Program-made: the position numbers and the translations under genes
Shown: positions 1-7,761 of the stretch, in pieces
How the letters are laid out: each line of letters begins with the position of its first letter
Position numbering within the stretch: the stretch's first letter is position 1
Notes under the pieces: model-generated
Told to the model about the DNA's origin: nothing
The model's input: the letters and a program-made list of their open reading frames with translations, nothing else
Databases searched by the model: none
DNA from: PVC group bacterium
GTDB lineage: Bacteria; Auribacterota; Erginobacteria; Erginobacterales; Erginobacteraceae
Length of the DNA stretch: 17,516 bases
Assembly (NCBI GenBank): GCA_043804695.1
Contig: JAZDIV010000042.1
Location: 1-17,516, forward strand
Reading direction: 5' to 3'

Positions 1-1
1 C

Positions 2-397
2 GGCGGCGTAGAAGCACTTCAACCCGCGGTAAAAACTGCCGGTGGAACCGAGCCCAAAACTCTCCGGGAGCATCGAGACGAACCGGTCGGCGCCCTCACG
101 CCGCTTCTGGAGAAATACCGGGGCCGGACATTGCCCCAGGCACGGCCCGGCTTCGGCCTCCCCGAGATCTATCAGGCCTTCTCCGAATCCCTGGGCCGCC
201 CGGTCCCCTTCACCGAGCAGGAAGCCGAGTTGATCCTTACCTGGCTCAAGCGCTCCGGCCCCTTCGATCCCGCCGCCTTCCAGGGCGCCCTCGACTCGGT
301 TCTCAAGCGGCTGGGCAGAGGCCGGCCCCTGGCCCGGATCGTCGCCGCGCTGGAAAAAATCATAGCCTGGTCCTCAACCAAAAAGGAGGCATTATGA
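2..397 (+). CDS. 5'-partial ORF, probable C-terminus of a DDE-type integrase/transposase (Mu/TnsB-like)
   Basis: Frame is open from position 2 to the stop at 397 (...LLEKYRGRTLPQARPGFGLPEIYQAF...). The stop overlaps the ATG of the AAA ATPase (ATGA), with the RBS AAGGAGG inside this ORF. No catalytic motif is visible, so the call rests on the usual integrase + ExeA-ATPase gene pairing. Confidence 0.45.
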   Translation, partial: GGVEALQPAVKTAGGTEPKTLREHRDEPVGALTPLLEKYRGRTLPQARPGFGLPEIYQAFSESLGRPVPFTEQEAELILTWLKRSGPFDPAAFQGALDSVLKRLGRGRPLARIVAALEKIIAWSSTKKEAL

Positions 398-1146
398 AAA
401 GAACCATCCCCGGACAATCCCCCCGATCGCCCTTCATGTATCGAGACTTCAAAGACGCGTTTATGGATCTTAAATCCGCACTCACTCACGGGGAGGCTTA
501 CACCATGCTGCTGGGAGAATCGGGGACCGGCAAAACCACGCTTCTGCGTGCGTTGCACGAAAAACTCGATCGTCGGCGCTTCCATATCCTCTACCTCTGC
601 CATGGGCAGCCCTCCCCCTCCGGCCTGGGCCGCGTTCTGGCCGAGGCTCTGCACCTCCCCCTGCGCCGAACCCGGGCCGAGACCAGCCGGCTGCTGGTCC
701 AGACCCTGCGCAATCTCCCCACTCGTCTTTTATTTTGGATCGACGAGGCGCAGATGATCAGGGACGACACCCTCCACGAAATCCGTCTCCTCTCCGAGGC
801 CGACCTGGAAGGCCCGCCGCTCTTCTCCGTGGTCTTGAGCGCCCTGCCCGATCTCAAAGACCGCCTCCTCGCCCCCCATCTCTTCCCCCTCTGGCGCCGC
901 ATCGCCACCCGGGTCAGTCTGACCGGGCTTTTGCGCGAAGAACTGCGCCCCTTCCTCTCCCACGCCTTCTCCCCCCAACTGGTCGAACGGCTCCCGGATG
1001 ACTCGCTCTCAATCATCTTCGAGCAGGCCCGGGGAATCCCCGCCCTGGTCCAGTCCTTGGCCGCTCATTGCCTGAAGGTATGCCCCCAGGAAAAGATTAC
1101 TACCGATCTGGTGGCTGAAGCGCTCGATCAACTGGAAGCGACATAA
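394..1146 (+). CDS. ExeA/GspA-like AAA+ ATPase (AAA_22 type), probable transposition helper
   Basis: Walker A GESGTGKT, Walker B LLFWIDEAQ, and ExeA-type segments 'L..LWRRI' and 'ARGIPALV'. RBS AAGGAGG upstream. No type II secretion genes nearby. Confidence 0.85.
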   Translation: MKRTIPGQSPRSPFMYRDFKDAFMDLKSALTHGEAYTMLLGESGTGKTTLLRALHEKLDRRRFHILYLCHGQPSPSGLGRVLAEALHLPLRRTRAETSRLLVQTLRNLPTRLLFWIDEAQMIRDDTLHEIRLLSEADLEGPPLFSVVLSALPDLKDRLLAPHLFPLWRRIATRVSLTGLLREELRPFLSHAFSPQLVERLPDDSLSIIFEQARGIPALVQSLAAHCLKVCPQEKITTDLVAEALDQLEAT

Positions 1147-1159
1147 GGGGAAACAGATC

Positions 1160-1621
1160 ATGAATTACGACTTTTCGACCATGCGGGAACTGGCCGCCCG
1201 GGCCTTCGCGCGCTATCTGCGCGTCCTGCCATCGGGCTTCCAACTCTCCCCGGATAACATTGTCCCTTCCCTTTTGGCTCGCGTTCTTCAGTATCGCCCC
1301 GCTCGCACTCTCTACAAAAATCGAAAACCGGTCTGCCGGAGCCTGGACGGTATTCGATCCCTCAAAAAAGAACAGGACTGCGCCTCCTGCCTTTTCCGAA
1401 AGGTCTGCACCCCCCAGATCTGTCTGGAAATACTCCATCAGGGGGTTCCCTGGCGGTTGATCCTGGCTTATACTTCCGCCAGAAACTTCCTGCTCTTTGT
1501 CAGTAACCTGAAAAAGAAGGGGATGCCCATCGAAGACTCGACAATCCGGATCAGTGTTCGGGACCGAGGGAGATGGGGAGAGGTCTATTTTGGAAGTGCC
1601 CTACCGGAGGAAAGCTGCTAA
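1160..1621 (+). CDS. Hypothetical protein with Cys cluster (CRSLDG...CASC...C), putative Zn-binding nucleic-acid-binding accessory protein
   Basis: 153-aa ORF 13 nt after the ATPase, with RBS AAGGGG. Motif order: PVCRSLDG, CxxC, C, 'LILAYTSARNF', 'GRWGEVYF'. Confidence 0.75.
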   Translation: MNYDFSTMRELAARAFARYLRVLPSGFQLSPDNIVPSLLARVLQYRPARTLYKNRKPVCRSLDGIRSLKKEQDCASCLFRKVCTPQICLEILHQGVPWRLILAYTSARNFLLFVSNLKKKGMPIEDSTIRISVRDRGRWGEVYFGSALPEESC

Positions 1622-2091
1622 CCTATTCTCATTTACCTGAAACGCCAGTCTCATTTATAAATGAGACGCGACAATTAATCCCGGTAATTTCACAAGTTAG
1701 TCCTGATGAGAAAGTTCAAAAATATCTTGTGCATGCGGCTCAATGCTATCTGGCGGGTCTGGATTTGGCCTGTATTTTTGTCTGCCGATCGGCTTTGGAA
1801 ATTTGTTTAAAATCAAGCCTTACTATTCTTGGCTTCCCCGAATATGAAGAGGATATCGATGGAAACTATACGGCAGGGAAAGTTATAAAGGCAGCTATCA
1901 AAGAGAAGCTGATTACAGATCAGAATATCAGAGAAATGACTTGGGCTATTAATGATGCCGCCAAGAAAGCTATTCATAATGAACATCCAGAACATATTGA
2001 TGATCTGGCATTTAATACTTTATTCTCGTTGAGTCGAGTTTTAAGCCATGTATTAAGCGGACTCGATATACTTCGCAAAGATGAGGCATGA
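1573..2091 (+). CDS. DUF4145/HEPN-like protein, probably N-terminally truncated
   Basis: Pattern 'AAQCYLAGLDLACIFVCRSALEICLK ... IKAAIKEKLI ... INDAAKKAIH' fits the DUF4145-type HEPN layout. AT-rich from about 1620. The only early ATG (1573) lies inside the upstream GC-rich ORF. Confidence 0.55.
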   Translation: MGRGLFWKCPTGGKLLTYSHLPETPVSFINETRQLIPVISQVSPDEKVQKYLVHAAQCYLAGLDLACIFVCRSALEICLKSSLTILGFPEYEEDIDGNYTAGKVIKAAIKEKLITDQNIREMTWAINDAAKKAIHNEHPEHIDDLAFNTLFSLSRVLSHVLSGLDILRKDEA

Positions 2092-2302
2092 TTAATAATG
2101 ATCTTATAGGGCGATTTTTGCGCCTTTTAGCGGCAAATAAAAGAGGGTGAGGCGGGGAGAACATGACATCAATTGATCGGGCACCAGGCTGAAAAAGTAG
2201 CAGGAAATTAGAAAAAGGGGTAAGATATATATCCTGATTGTTTACTTAGTGTCTTTGTGTTTTGGTGGCAGAAAGCTGCCTTGGCGGCACAAGGAGGTTG
2301 GC

Positions 2303-2542
2303 ATGAGCGGGAAGAAAAAGAACCTGTGGTCGAAAGGCGTGGAGACGAAGTGGCATCCCCCGGAAGGGTTCTTCGAGAAGCCGGCCGGGGAGATCGCCCG
2401 GGGGCTGAAGAAAGCCTCGGACGGCCTGGCCCAGGCGATGGACCGGTTGGACTTCTACATCAACCGGGCCGGCGCCACGATGCCGGGAGAGGACCGGGCC
2501 CGCCTGGAGAAAGCCAAGAGCATCCTCCGCGGCCTCTATTGA
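2303..2542 (+). CDS. DUF3175 family protein
   Basis: RBS AAGGAGG at 2291-2297 and ATG at 2303. Signature 'WS..V...IA..L...AM..L.FYINRAG...LEKAK..LR'. Confidence 0.85.
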   Translation: MSGKKKNLWSKGVETKWHPPEGFFEKPAGEIARGLKKASDGLAQAMDRLDFYINRAGATMPGEDRARLEKAKSILRGLY

Positions 2543-2603
2543 TCTTCGCTTATTCACTGCTTCGGAATTTTCGATCAGGGTATGCTAAAGGAGCCCCGGT
2601 TTC

Positions 2604-3407
2604 ATGTTCGGACTGAAGAAAAGACGCCGGGAGAAGGTGCGAAGCCTTCCCTTCCCGCCGGAGTGGCTCCCCATCGTGGAAAGGAGCGTTCCCCGCTTCC
2701 GGAACCTTTCGGAAACGGACCGGCAGGAGCTGCTGGGGGACATCCGGGTGTTTCTGGACGAGAAGCGTTTCGAGGGTTGCGGGGGGCTCGCCCTCACCGA
2801 CGAAATCCGGGTCACGATCGCGGCCCAGGCCTGCCTGCTCCTCCTCCACCGGAAGAACGACGACTATCCCCGGCTCGATTCGATTCTGGTCTATCCCCAC
2901 GCCTACCGGGCGGAAGGGAAAAAGGTGAGTCCGGGGGGATTTATCCGGGAAGGGGCGGAGACCCGGGCCGGTGAATCATGGTCCCGGGGAGCGGTGGTCC
3001 TTTCCTGGGATGACGTTAAAAAGAGCGCCTCCGATCTCCGCGACGGCCACAATGTGGTCCTCCACGAGTTCGCCCACCAGCTGGACCAGGAAAACGGCGA
3101 TGCCGACGGCACTCCGCCTCTCCCCGACCGGTCGCGGTACACCGCCTGGGCGCGTGTCCTGGGGGGGGAGTACCGGGAACTGGTGAGAGAGATCGGGAAG
3201 GGACACCGGACCGACATCGACCCCTACGGGGCCCTCTCCCCGGCCGAGTTCTTCGCTGTGGTCACCGAGTGCTTTTTCGAAAAGCCCGCCGCGCTGCGGC
3301 GCCGTCACCCCGAACTCTACCGCCAGATCAGTCTTTTCTACGGCCAGGACCCGGCGGAGCAGGGGGAACCGGGGTTCAGGGTTCAGGGTTCAGGGGCCCA
3401 AAGATGA
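2604..3407 (+). CDS. Zinc-dependent peptidase, M90 family (MtfA-like)
   Basis: HEFAH zinc motif in 'DGHNVVLHEFAHQLD', plus 'IAAQACLL', 'GESW..GAVVLSW' and 'AEFFAVVTECFFEKP'. RBS AAGGAG upstream. Confidence 0.93.
   Translation: MFGLKKRRREKVRSLPFPPEWLPIVERSVPRFRNLSETDRQELLGDIRVFLDEKRFEGCGGLALTDEIRVTIAAQACLLLLHRKNDDYPRLDSILVYPHAYRAEGKKVSPGGFIREGAETRAGESWSRGAVVLSWDDVKKSASDLRDGHNVVLHEFAHQLDQENGDADGTPPLPDRSRYTAWARVLGGEYRELVREIGKGHRTDIDPYGALSPAEFFAVVTECFFEKPAALRRRHPELYRQISLFYGQDPAEQGEPGFRVQGSGAQR
3372..3392. repeat. (GGGTTCA)x3 heptamer tandem repeat at the 3' end of the M90 gene
   Basis: Three exact copies at 3372, 3379 and 3386, translated as the tail 'GFRVQGSG'. Confidence 0.8.
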
Positions 3408-3449
3408 GCCCACTTCGCTCGCCCTCCGGGGCGCCCCCGCCTCCCGGTA

Positions 3450-5495
3450 TCAGTAAAACCGCATCACGATCCGCAAGTTACGATTTTTAAAGATCATCGA
3501 GAAGGCGGCGTAGTTGTTCCCGTAAACCTGATTGTTGTTGGCGTCGGTGATGCTGGTGTAGATCTCCCCCCCCCTGATCCAGGGGGTAAGGAGGGTCCCG
3601 AAACCGAGCAGGGTGTCTTTCGCGCCCATGCCCAGGAAGACGGCGGGCCCGGGCATCGCCTCGAATTTCAGATTTTCAACCATATTCCCTGCTGCGTAGA
3701 TTAAAACGCCCGGCCCCTCCCCGAAAGAGGCACCGGATTCGGGGACAATGACCACGCCCTCGCCCTTCCCGCCGGTTATGTAGAGATGGTCGTCGCTCAC
3801 GTTCAGAGGTGTTTTAAGTTTGAGAAAGGGCGATGACCAGGCGCTTTTGTCGAAGATGACCTTATCGTACTTATCAGCCAGATAGAAGAGAATCTGACGG
3901 AGTGAGAGGGAACTGTAGTTGATGGTGCCATTGAGTGTTTTATCCTCCCCTGTGGTGACGATGAAGGTCTGGTCCGGGATGAACGTCTCCGGGTCGAGGG
4001 TGGCGAACGAATATGGGTGGGAAGCCGGAAAGACCGCGGCCCCGATCCGCGTTCCCGGTTCGGCATGACCGGCGAAGCAGAACCCGGGGTCCGGGTTATT
4101 GCCGGTATCAAAGGGACTGTCATCTAGGTAAAGGCCGCCGGTGGTGCCCATGAATTTCACCCCCGCCGCCTCCGGGAGAAGGCCGTCCCGGGACAGGGAA
4201 TAGCTCCCGGATCCGCTGTGGGTGATCAGGATGCCGGAATCGTCGCCGACGTTGATATCGTTGTTCCTGATGATATTGTCCCGGACCTCGTCCCCCTCGA
4301 GGACGATCCCGTTCTCGAAGTCAAAGAAGACGTTCTCCTCGATCAGGTTGCCCGAGGCGGTTCCGTCGAGCCTGATCCCCGCGGAAGAACAGTCAACAAT
4401 CTCCAGGCCCCGGATCGAGTTTTTCGAACCGCTGATCTTGAAGGCCACCCCCGCGATGACGTTTCCGGCGTTGATGACGATTCTCTCGTCTCCGGTGATG
4501 GCGATCTCGTTCTTTTCGATGACCAGGCTCTCGGAGAGAAAGATCCGGGATTCCCCGAAGGGGAGGTCGAAACGAATTTTCCAGCCCGGCTGGGCGATCT
4601 TGATCGCCTCTCTCAGGGAAAGGCCGGTCCCGAGGGGATTGTCAGGGTCGGTTTCGGGTTCATCCTCATCCTCGGCCGTGGTGACGAAAATATCCCGCTC
4701 CTTTTCTGGGGTGGGTGTCGTAGCCGGCGTCAGTCCGGGGATGGGTGTCGTATATGGCGTCAGTCCGGGGGTGGGGGCGGGCGCCGCCGTATGGACCGGC
4801 GAGGGTGCGGGGCGCGGGGTCTCGGCGCCCGGTCCCGCGCCGGTGGAGGACGGCGCTCCCTCCGGCGTGGGAAACGGGTTCACGATCGTCTCCCCCTCCT
4901 CCCCCGGTGCCGTTCCCGGATCGGGGGACCCTGCTTCCTCTCCGGTTTCCGTGCCCACCGGTCCCTTCTCCCCTCCCGGGGGGACTCCGGTGGGGGGAGG
5001 CGCGGGTTTTTGGCCGCCGGGGTTCCCCGGCGCGCCCGGCTCCGTTTTTCCGGCCGAGGCCTCCTGGAATCCTCCCGGCAGGTCCCCGGCCGCCGGTATC
5101 ACAGTCGCATTAAAAACGATTTTATCCGAATTGCCGGCCCGGTCGACCGCGTCGACTTCGAAGCCCAGGTAATACCCCTCCTGCCCCTTCTCCGGCGTCC
5201 AGTTGAAGACCTGCCGTTCGGGGTCGAAAGAGGCACCGTCGGGGAAACGGTTGGTCCGGAAGCGGACGGGGGTGCCGTCGGGGTCCTCCGCGGCCAGCCG
5301 GAACTCCGCGCGCCGCCCGATTTCGAAGACGCACCGGTCAGGAGGGGCGCAGGAGAAAACGGGTGGCCGGTTATCTGGCCCGTCCGCCGTGCCGGCACCA
5401 GCGGACGGGGGAAGGCGCAAGAAGCCGATCAGCAGGCAGAGGCCCGGAAGAAGCATCGCTCCGGGCCTTTTTTTTGTCCATTCGGGGGCTGTCAT
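3450..5495 (-). CDS. Secreted protein: Ig/cadherin-like domain, Pro/Gly/Thr linker, CSLREA-type motif and right-handed beta-helix repeats
   Basis: Hydrophobic signal peptide. Ig-like segment 'NRPPVF...AEDPDG...GASFD...FNWTP'. 'VTTAED...LSLREAI' followed by 'GIRLDG.ASGNLIEEN...GIVLEG...NIIRNN'. A second 'LSLRQIL' module follows. Start overlaps the anti-sigma stop. Confidence 0.8.
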   Translation of the reverse strand: MTAPEWTKKRPGAMLLPGLCLLIGFLRLPPSAGAGTADGPDNRPPVFSCAPPDRCVFEIGRRAEFRLAAEDPDGTPVRFRTNRFPDGASFDPERQVFNWTPEKGQEGYYLGFEVDAVDRAGNSDKIVFNATVIPAAGDLPGGFQEASAGKTEPGAPGNPGGQKPAPPPTGVPPGGEKGPVGTETGEEAGSPDPGTAPGEEGETIVNPFPTPEGAPSSTGAGPGAETPRPAPSPVHTAAPAPTPGLTPYTTPIPGLTPATTPTPEKERDIFVTTAEDEDEPETDPDNPLGTGLSLREAIKIAQPGWKIRFDLPFGESRIFLSESLVIEKNEIAITGDERIVINAGNVIAGVAFKISGSKNSIRGLEIVDCSSAGIRLDGTASGNLIEENVFFDFENGIVLEGDEVRDNIIRNNDINVGDDSGILITHSGSGSYSLSRDGLLPEAAGVKFMGTTGGLYLDDSPFDTGNNPDPGFCFAGHAEPGTRIGAAVFPASHPYSFATLDPETFIPDQTFIVTTGEDKTLNGTINYSSLSLRQILFYLADKYDKVIFDKSAWSSPFLKLKTPLNVSDDHLYITGGKGEGVVIVPESGASFGEGPGVLIYAAGNMVENLKFEAMPGPAVFLGMGAKDTLLGFGTLLTPWIRGGEIYTSITDANNNQVYGNNYAAFSMIFKNRNLRIVMRFY

Positions 5496-6949
5496 TGATC
5501 CGGCGCATCCTCCGTTTCGATAGAGATTTTTTTCAGGCGTCGGCGGGCTTTTACAGCGTCCACCCCCGCCCGGTCCATTCCGAGCACGTCCCGGTACCCT
5601 TCCTCGGCCATGCGTTCATGAATCCGGGCGACGGCGATCCGGGCCAGGCTGCTCCAGCGGGGGTCCCCGGAACGGGCCACGCGTTCGAAGACGTCCAGCG
5701 CCTGCCCGGGCTTGGCCAGGAGGCCGTAGTAATAAGCTCCCAGGAGAAGCTCGATGGTCGAGTTGTAGCGAGGGTCCGGGTACCGGTCGAGGATCTGCCG
5801 GAGGAGGCTCACGCCGCCCGCGTAATCACCCTTCCTGACCAGGTCTCCCGCCCGCACCAGGAGGTCTTTCACTTCCGGAGGGGTGGAGGGGCCCACGAAG
5901 AGGACCGGCTTCTTCAGCAGTTCGTCGACCCGGTCCGGCGTGTCGGAGAGGACGAGGGAGAGGAAGGGCTCCCGCAGCGCCGCCTCCTCGCCGGCCGCGA
6001 CCGGGGCCGGCTTTTCTGCGAGATCTTCCAATTCGTCGGAAAGAGCCTTCATCTGGCCGGCCGTCATCCGGCGCGGTTTCTCCGGGTACGATTCTTCACG
6101 GAGGACCGATCTCCATCCGCCCTTGACCTCGACCGTGGCCGGCAGATTATCCTGTCGGTAATAGCTGATCAGCTCGACCCGGCCGTCAGCCACGCTCAGG
6201 CCGGTCATCCCCCCGGGCCCGACCTCGAGGCGGAAGGCCGTGCCCCGGACGACCGACCGGCCGAGCGGGGTGTCGATGGAGAGTACCGACCCCTCGAACT
6301 CATCCCCGGTTCGGGCCAGAATCACCCCCGTCTCCAGAGTCAGGACGGTGGTTCCCCTTCTCCGGCTGGGGACGACCTGCCTGACCACCAGTTCGCTGTC
6401 GCCCGAAATCCTCAGGGTATAGCGGCCGGCGGAGGTAAGCTCCAGGCTGGAGGCGCCGGCGGTTCGGAGAATGTCCCCCGCCCGGACGGTCATCCCCGCG
6501 GCGGCCTTCGTCCAGGCCGCTTCCCGGGCCCGGTATATGTGCGCCGTTCCGGTCACGGTGCCGATCCGGGGAAGGGTACCCCGGGTCAGGAAGGGGAGGA
6601 CGACCGTGAGCCCGACCAGGAGGACCACCGCCGCCGCCGCCCGGGCCGTCCGGGTGACGGTTAAGGGGAGGATAAAATCCAGCCACCGGGACCCGGCCGC
6701 CGCCCGGCGCTTTTCCGGCCAAGGCGGGGGAGTCGCTTTCAGTTTTTCCCGGAAGGACCGGTCATAGGCGGATGAGACCGGGAACAGCCCCAGGCGCCCG
6801 AGCTGGATGTCGGCCTGCCGGAGGAAGTCGAGTTCCCGTCGGCACCGGTCGGAGATTTCCATCAGGCGCTCCGCCTTTACCCGCTCTTCGGGGGGGGCCT
6901 CACCGTCCAGATACCGCTGGAGCAACTCTGTCTGTTTCCGCTTATTCAT
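5492..6949 (-). CDS. Membrane anti-sigma factor with degenerate ZAS N-terminus, TM helix, FecR domain and C-terminal TPR-like region
   Basis: N-terminus 'LLQRYLDGE...E...DRCRREL'. TM segment 'AAAAVVLLVGLTVVLPFL'. FecR motifs 'GDILRT...LTLETG...IDTPLGRSVVRGTAF...LSVADGRVEL'. TPR-like 'GDYAGGVSLLRQILDRYPD'. Overlaps the sigma gene stop. Confidence 0.88.
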   Translation of the reverse strand: MNKRKQTELLQRYLDGEAPPEERVKAERLMEISDRCRRELDFLRQADIQLGRLGLFPVSSAYDRSFREKLKATPPPWPEKRRAAAGSRWLDFILPLTVTRTARAAAAVVLLVGLTVVLPFLTRGTLPRIGTVTGTAHIYRAREAAWTKAAAGMTVRAGDILRTAGASSLELTSAGRYTLRISGDSELVVRQVVPSRRRGTTVLTLETGVILARTGDEFEGSVLSIDTPLGRSVVRGTAFRLEVGPGGMTGLSVADGRVELISYYRQDNLPATVEVKGGWRSVLREESYPEKPRRMTAGQMKALSDELEDLAEKPAPVAAGEEAALREPFLSLVLSDTPDRVDELLKKPVLFVGPSTPPEVKDLLVRAGDLVRKGDYAGGVSLLRQILDRYPDPRYNSTIELLLGAYYYGLLAKPGQALDVFERVARSGDPRWSSLARIAVARIHERMAEEGYRDVLGMDRAGVDAVKARRRLKKISIETEDAPDQ

Positions 6950-7574
6950 TAATAACTTCGCTTGCCGATTGCCCGGGCTTTATCCCCAGCGCCTGGTTGA
7001 ACTTTTTCCGCGCCCGGATCAGCCGCGTGCTGACGGTTCCCCGGGCGATATTGAGGGTCTCGGCCGCTTCCAGGTACGACGCCCCCTGGATGACACAGAG
7101 GACCAGGATCTCCCGCAACTCCGGCGAAAGCTGCATCAGGGCCGTCTGTATTTTTACCTCGAGGTGCTTCTGCCGGAAGATGCGGTCGGGATCGCGCTTG
7201 TGGTTGGCGATGAAATCATGGACGTTGATCTCCTCTCCGTCGTTTTTTACAAAGAGGGAGTCGAGGGAAACCATGCTCAGTTTCCGACGTTTCCGCTTCC
7301 GGTACTCCATCCGGGAGAAATTATGGGCGATCTTGTATATCCACCGGGAGATGTTTTCAATCGACCGGAGCCTGGGAATGCCCCCGTACACCTTCATGAA
7401 GACTTCCTGGGTCAATTCTTCCGCCCTCTGGTAGTCCCCGAGACACCGGCAAAGATAGTTCAGGATCCTGACACGGTAGCGCTTGTGAAGCGAGTTGAAG
7501 GCTTCCATGTCGCGCCCGAACTTGAACTGGGCGGCCAGTGCCTCATCGGTGATTGTCTGTCGATCGCGTTCCAT
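6942..7574 (-). CDS. ECF (sigma-70 group 4) RNA polymerase sigma factor
   Basis: Region 2 'AEELTQEVFMKVY...WIYKIAHN' and region 4 'LSPELREILVL...SYLEAAETLNIARGTVSTRLIRAR'. 210 aa, coupled to an anti-sigma gene. Confidence 0.95.
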   Translation of the reverse strand: MERDRQTITDEALAAQFKFGRDMEAFNSLHKRYRVRILNYLCRCLGDYQRAEELTQEVFMKVYGGIPRLRSIENISRWIYKIAHNFSRMEYRKRKRRKLSMVSLDSLFVKNDGEEINVHDFIANHKRDPDRIFRQKHLEVKIQTALMQLSPELREILVLCVIQGASYLEAAETLNIARGTVSTRLIRARKKFNQALGIKPGQSASEVINE

Positions 7575-7581
7575 ATGTAAT

Positions 7582-7608
7582 AATGCCGAAACGGCCGGGT
7601 AAACTCAC
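7582..7608 (-). promoter_or_regulatory. Putative ECF promoter P1 (GTGAG-N16-GGCATT), autoregulatory and leaderless
   Basis: Minus strand reads GTGAG tttacccggccgtttc GGCATT attacat ATG. The sigma start codon lies 7 nt after the -10-like box and has no Shine-Dalgarno sequence. Confidence 0.7.
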
Positions 7609-7666
7609 CGCAGTTAAATAATATCACACTGCGGGATATGCCTGAAGAGAAAAAACTGATGAATGC

Positions 7667-7693
7667 GTGAGCAAACCGGGCGCGGGTGGCATT
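7667..7693 (+). promoter_or_regulatory. Putative ECF promoter P2 (GTGAG-N16-GGCATT)
   Basis: GTGAG caaaccgggcgcgggt GGCATT, divergent from P1 and upstream of the structured leader and the propeller gene. Confidence 0.7.
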
Positions 7694-7695
7694 GA

Positions 7696-7756
7696 TATAA
7701 ATTAGCGCCTTCGGCGCTACTTTATACCGGCCCCCCGACTGATTCAGTCGGGGGGC
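7696..7756. other. Two strong hairpins/palindromes directly after P2
   Basis: TATAAA-T-TAGCGCC/GGCGCTA-C-TTTATA (7696-7726, one mismatch) and a perfect 12-bp GCCCCCCGACTG/CAGTCGGGGGGC (7730-7756). Confidence 0.8.
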
Positions 7757-7761
7757 TGCTG

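Larger units (their letters stand above)
1..1621 (+). mobile_element. Right-hand part of a putative integrase + AAA ATPase + accessory-gene transposon
   Basis: Three tightly coupled co-oriented ORFs, followed by an abrupt switch to AT-rich sequence at about 1620. No terminal inverted repeat can be confirmed because the left end lies outside the window. Confidence 0.5.

Noticed and set aside
394..1146. Type II secretion component ExeA/GspA
   Set aside because: No peptidoglycan-binding extension and no gsp genes. The context fits a transposon ATPase.
2092..2270. Integron attC site or repeat element after the AT-rich ORF
   Set aside because: No RYYYAAC...GTTRRRY box pair. The three degenerate octamers at 2245-2268 are too weak to call.
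1610..2279. 9-bp direct repeat GAAAGCTGC (1610-1618 and 2271-2279) flanking the AT-rich segment as a target-site duplication
   Set aside because: Short enough to arise by chance. The second copy is part of a local GGCAG/CTGCC hairpin, and there are no inverted ends inside.
4218..6664. Long plus-strand ORFs (426, 316 and 433 aa) and similar shadow ORFs elsewhere
   Set aside because: They are antisense to well-supported genes in GC-rich DNA and contain no recognisable motifs.
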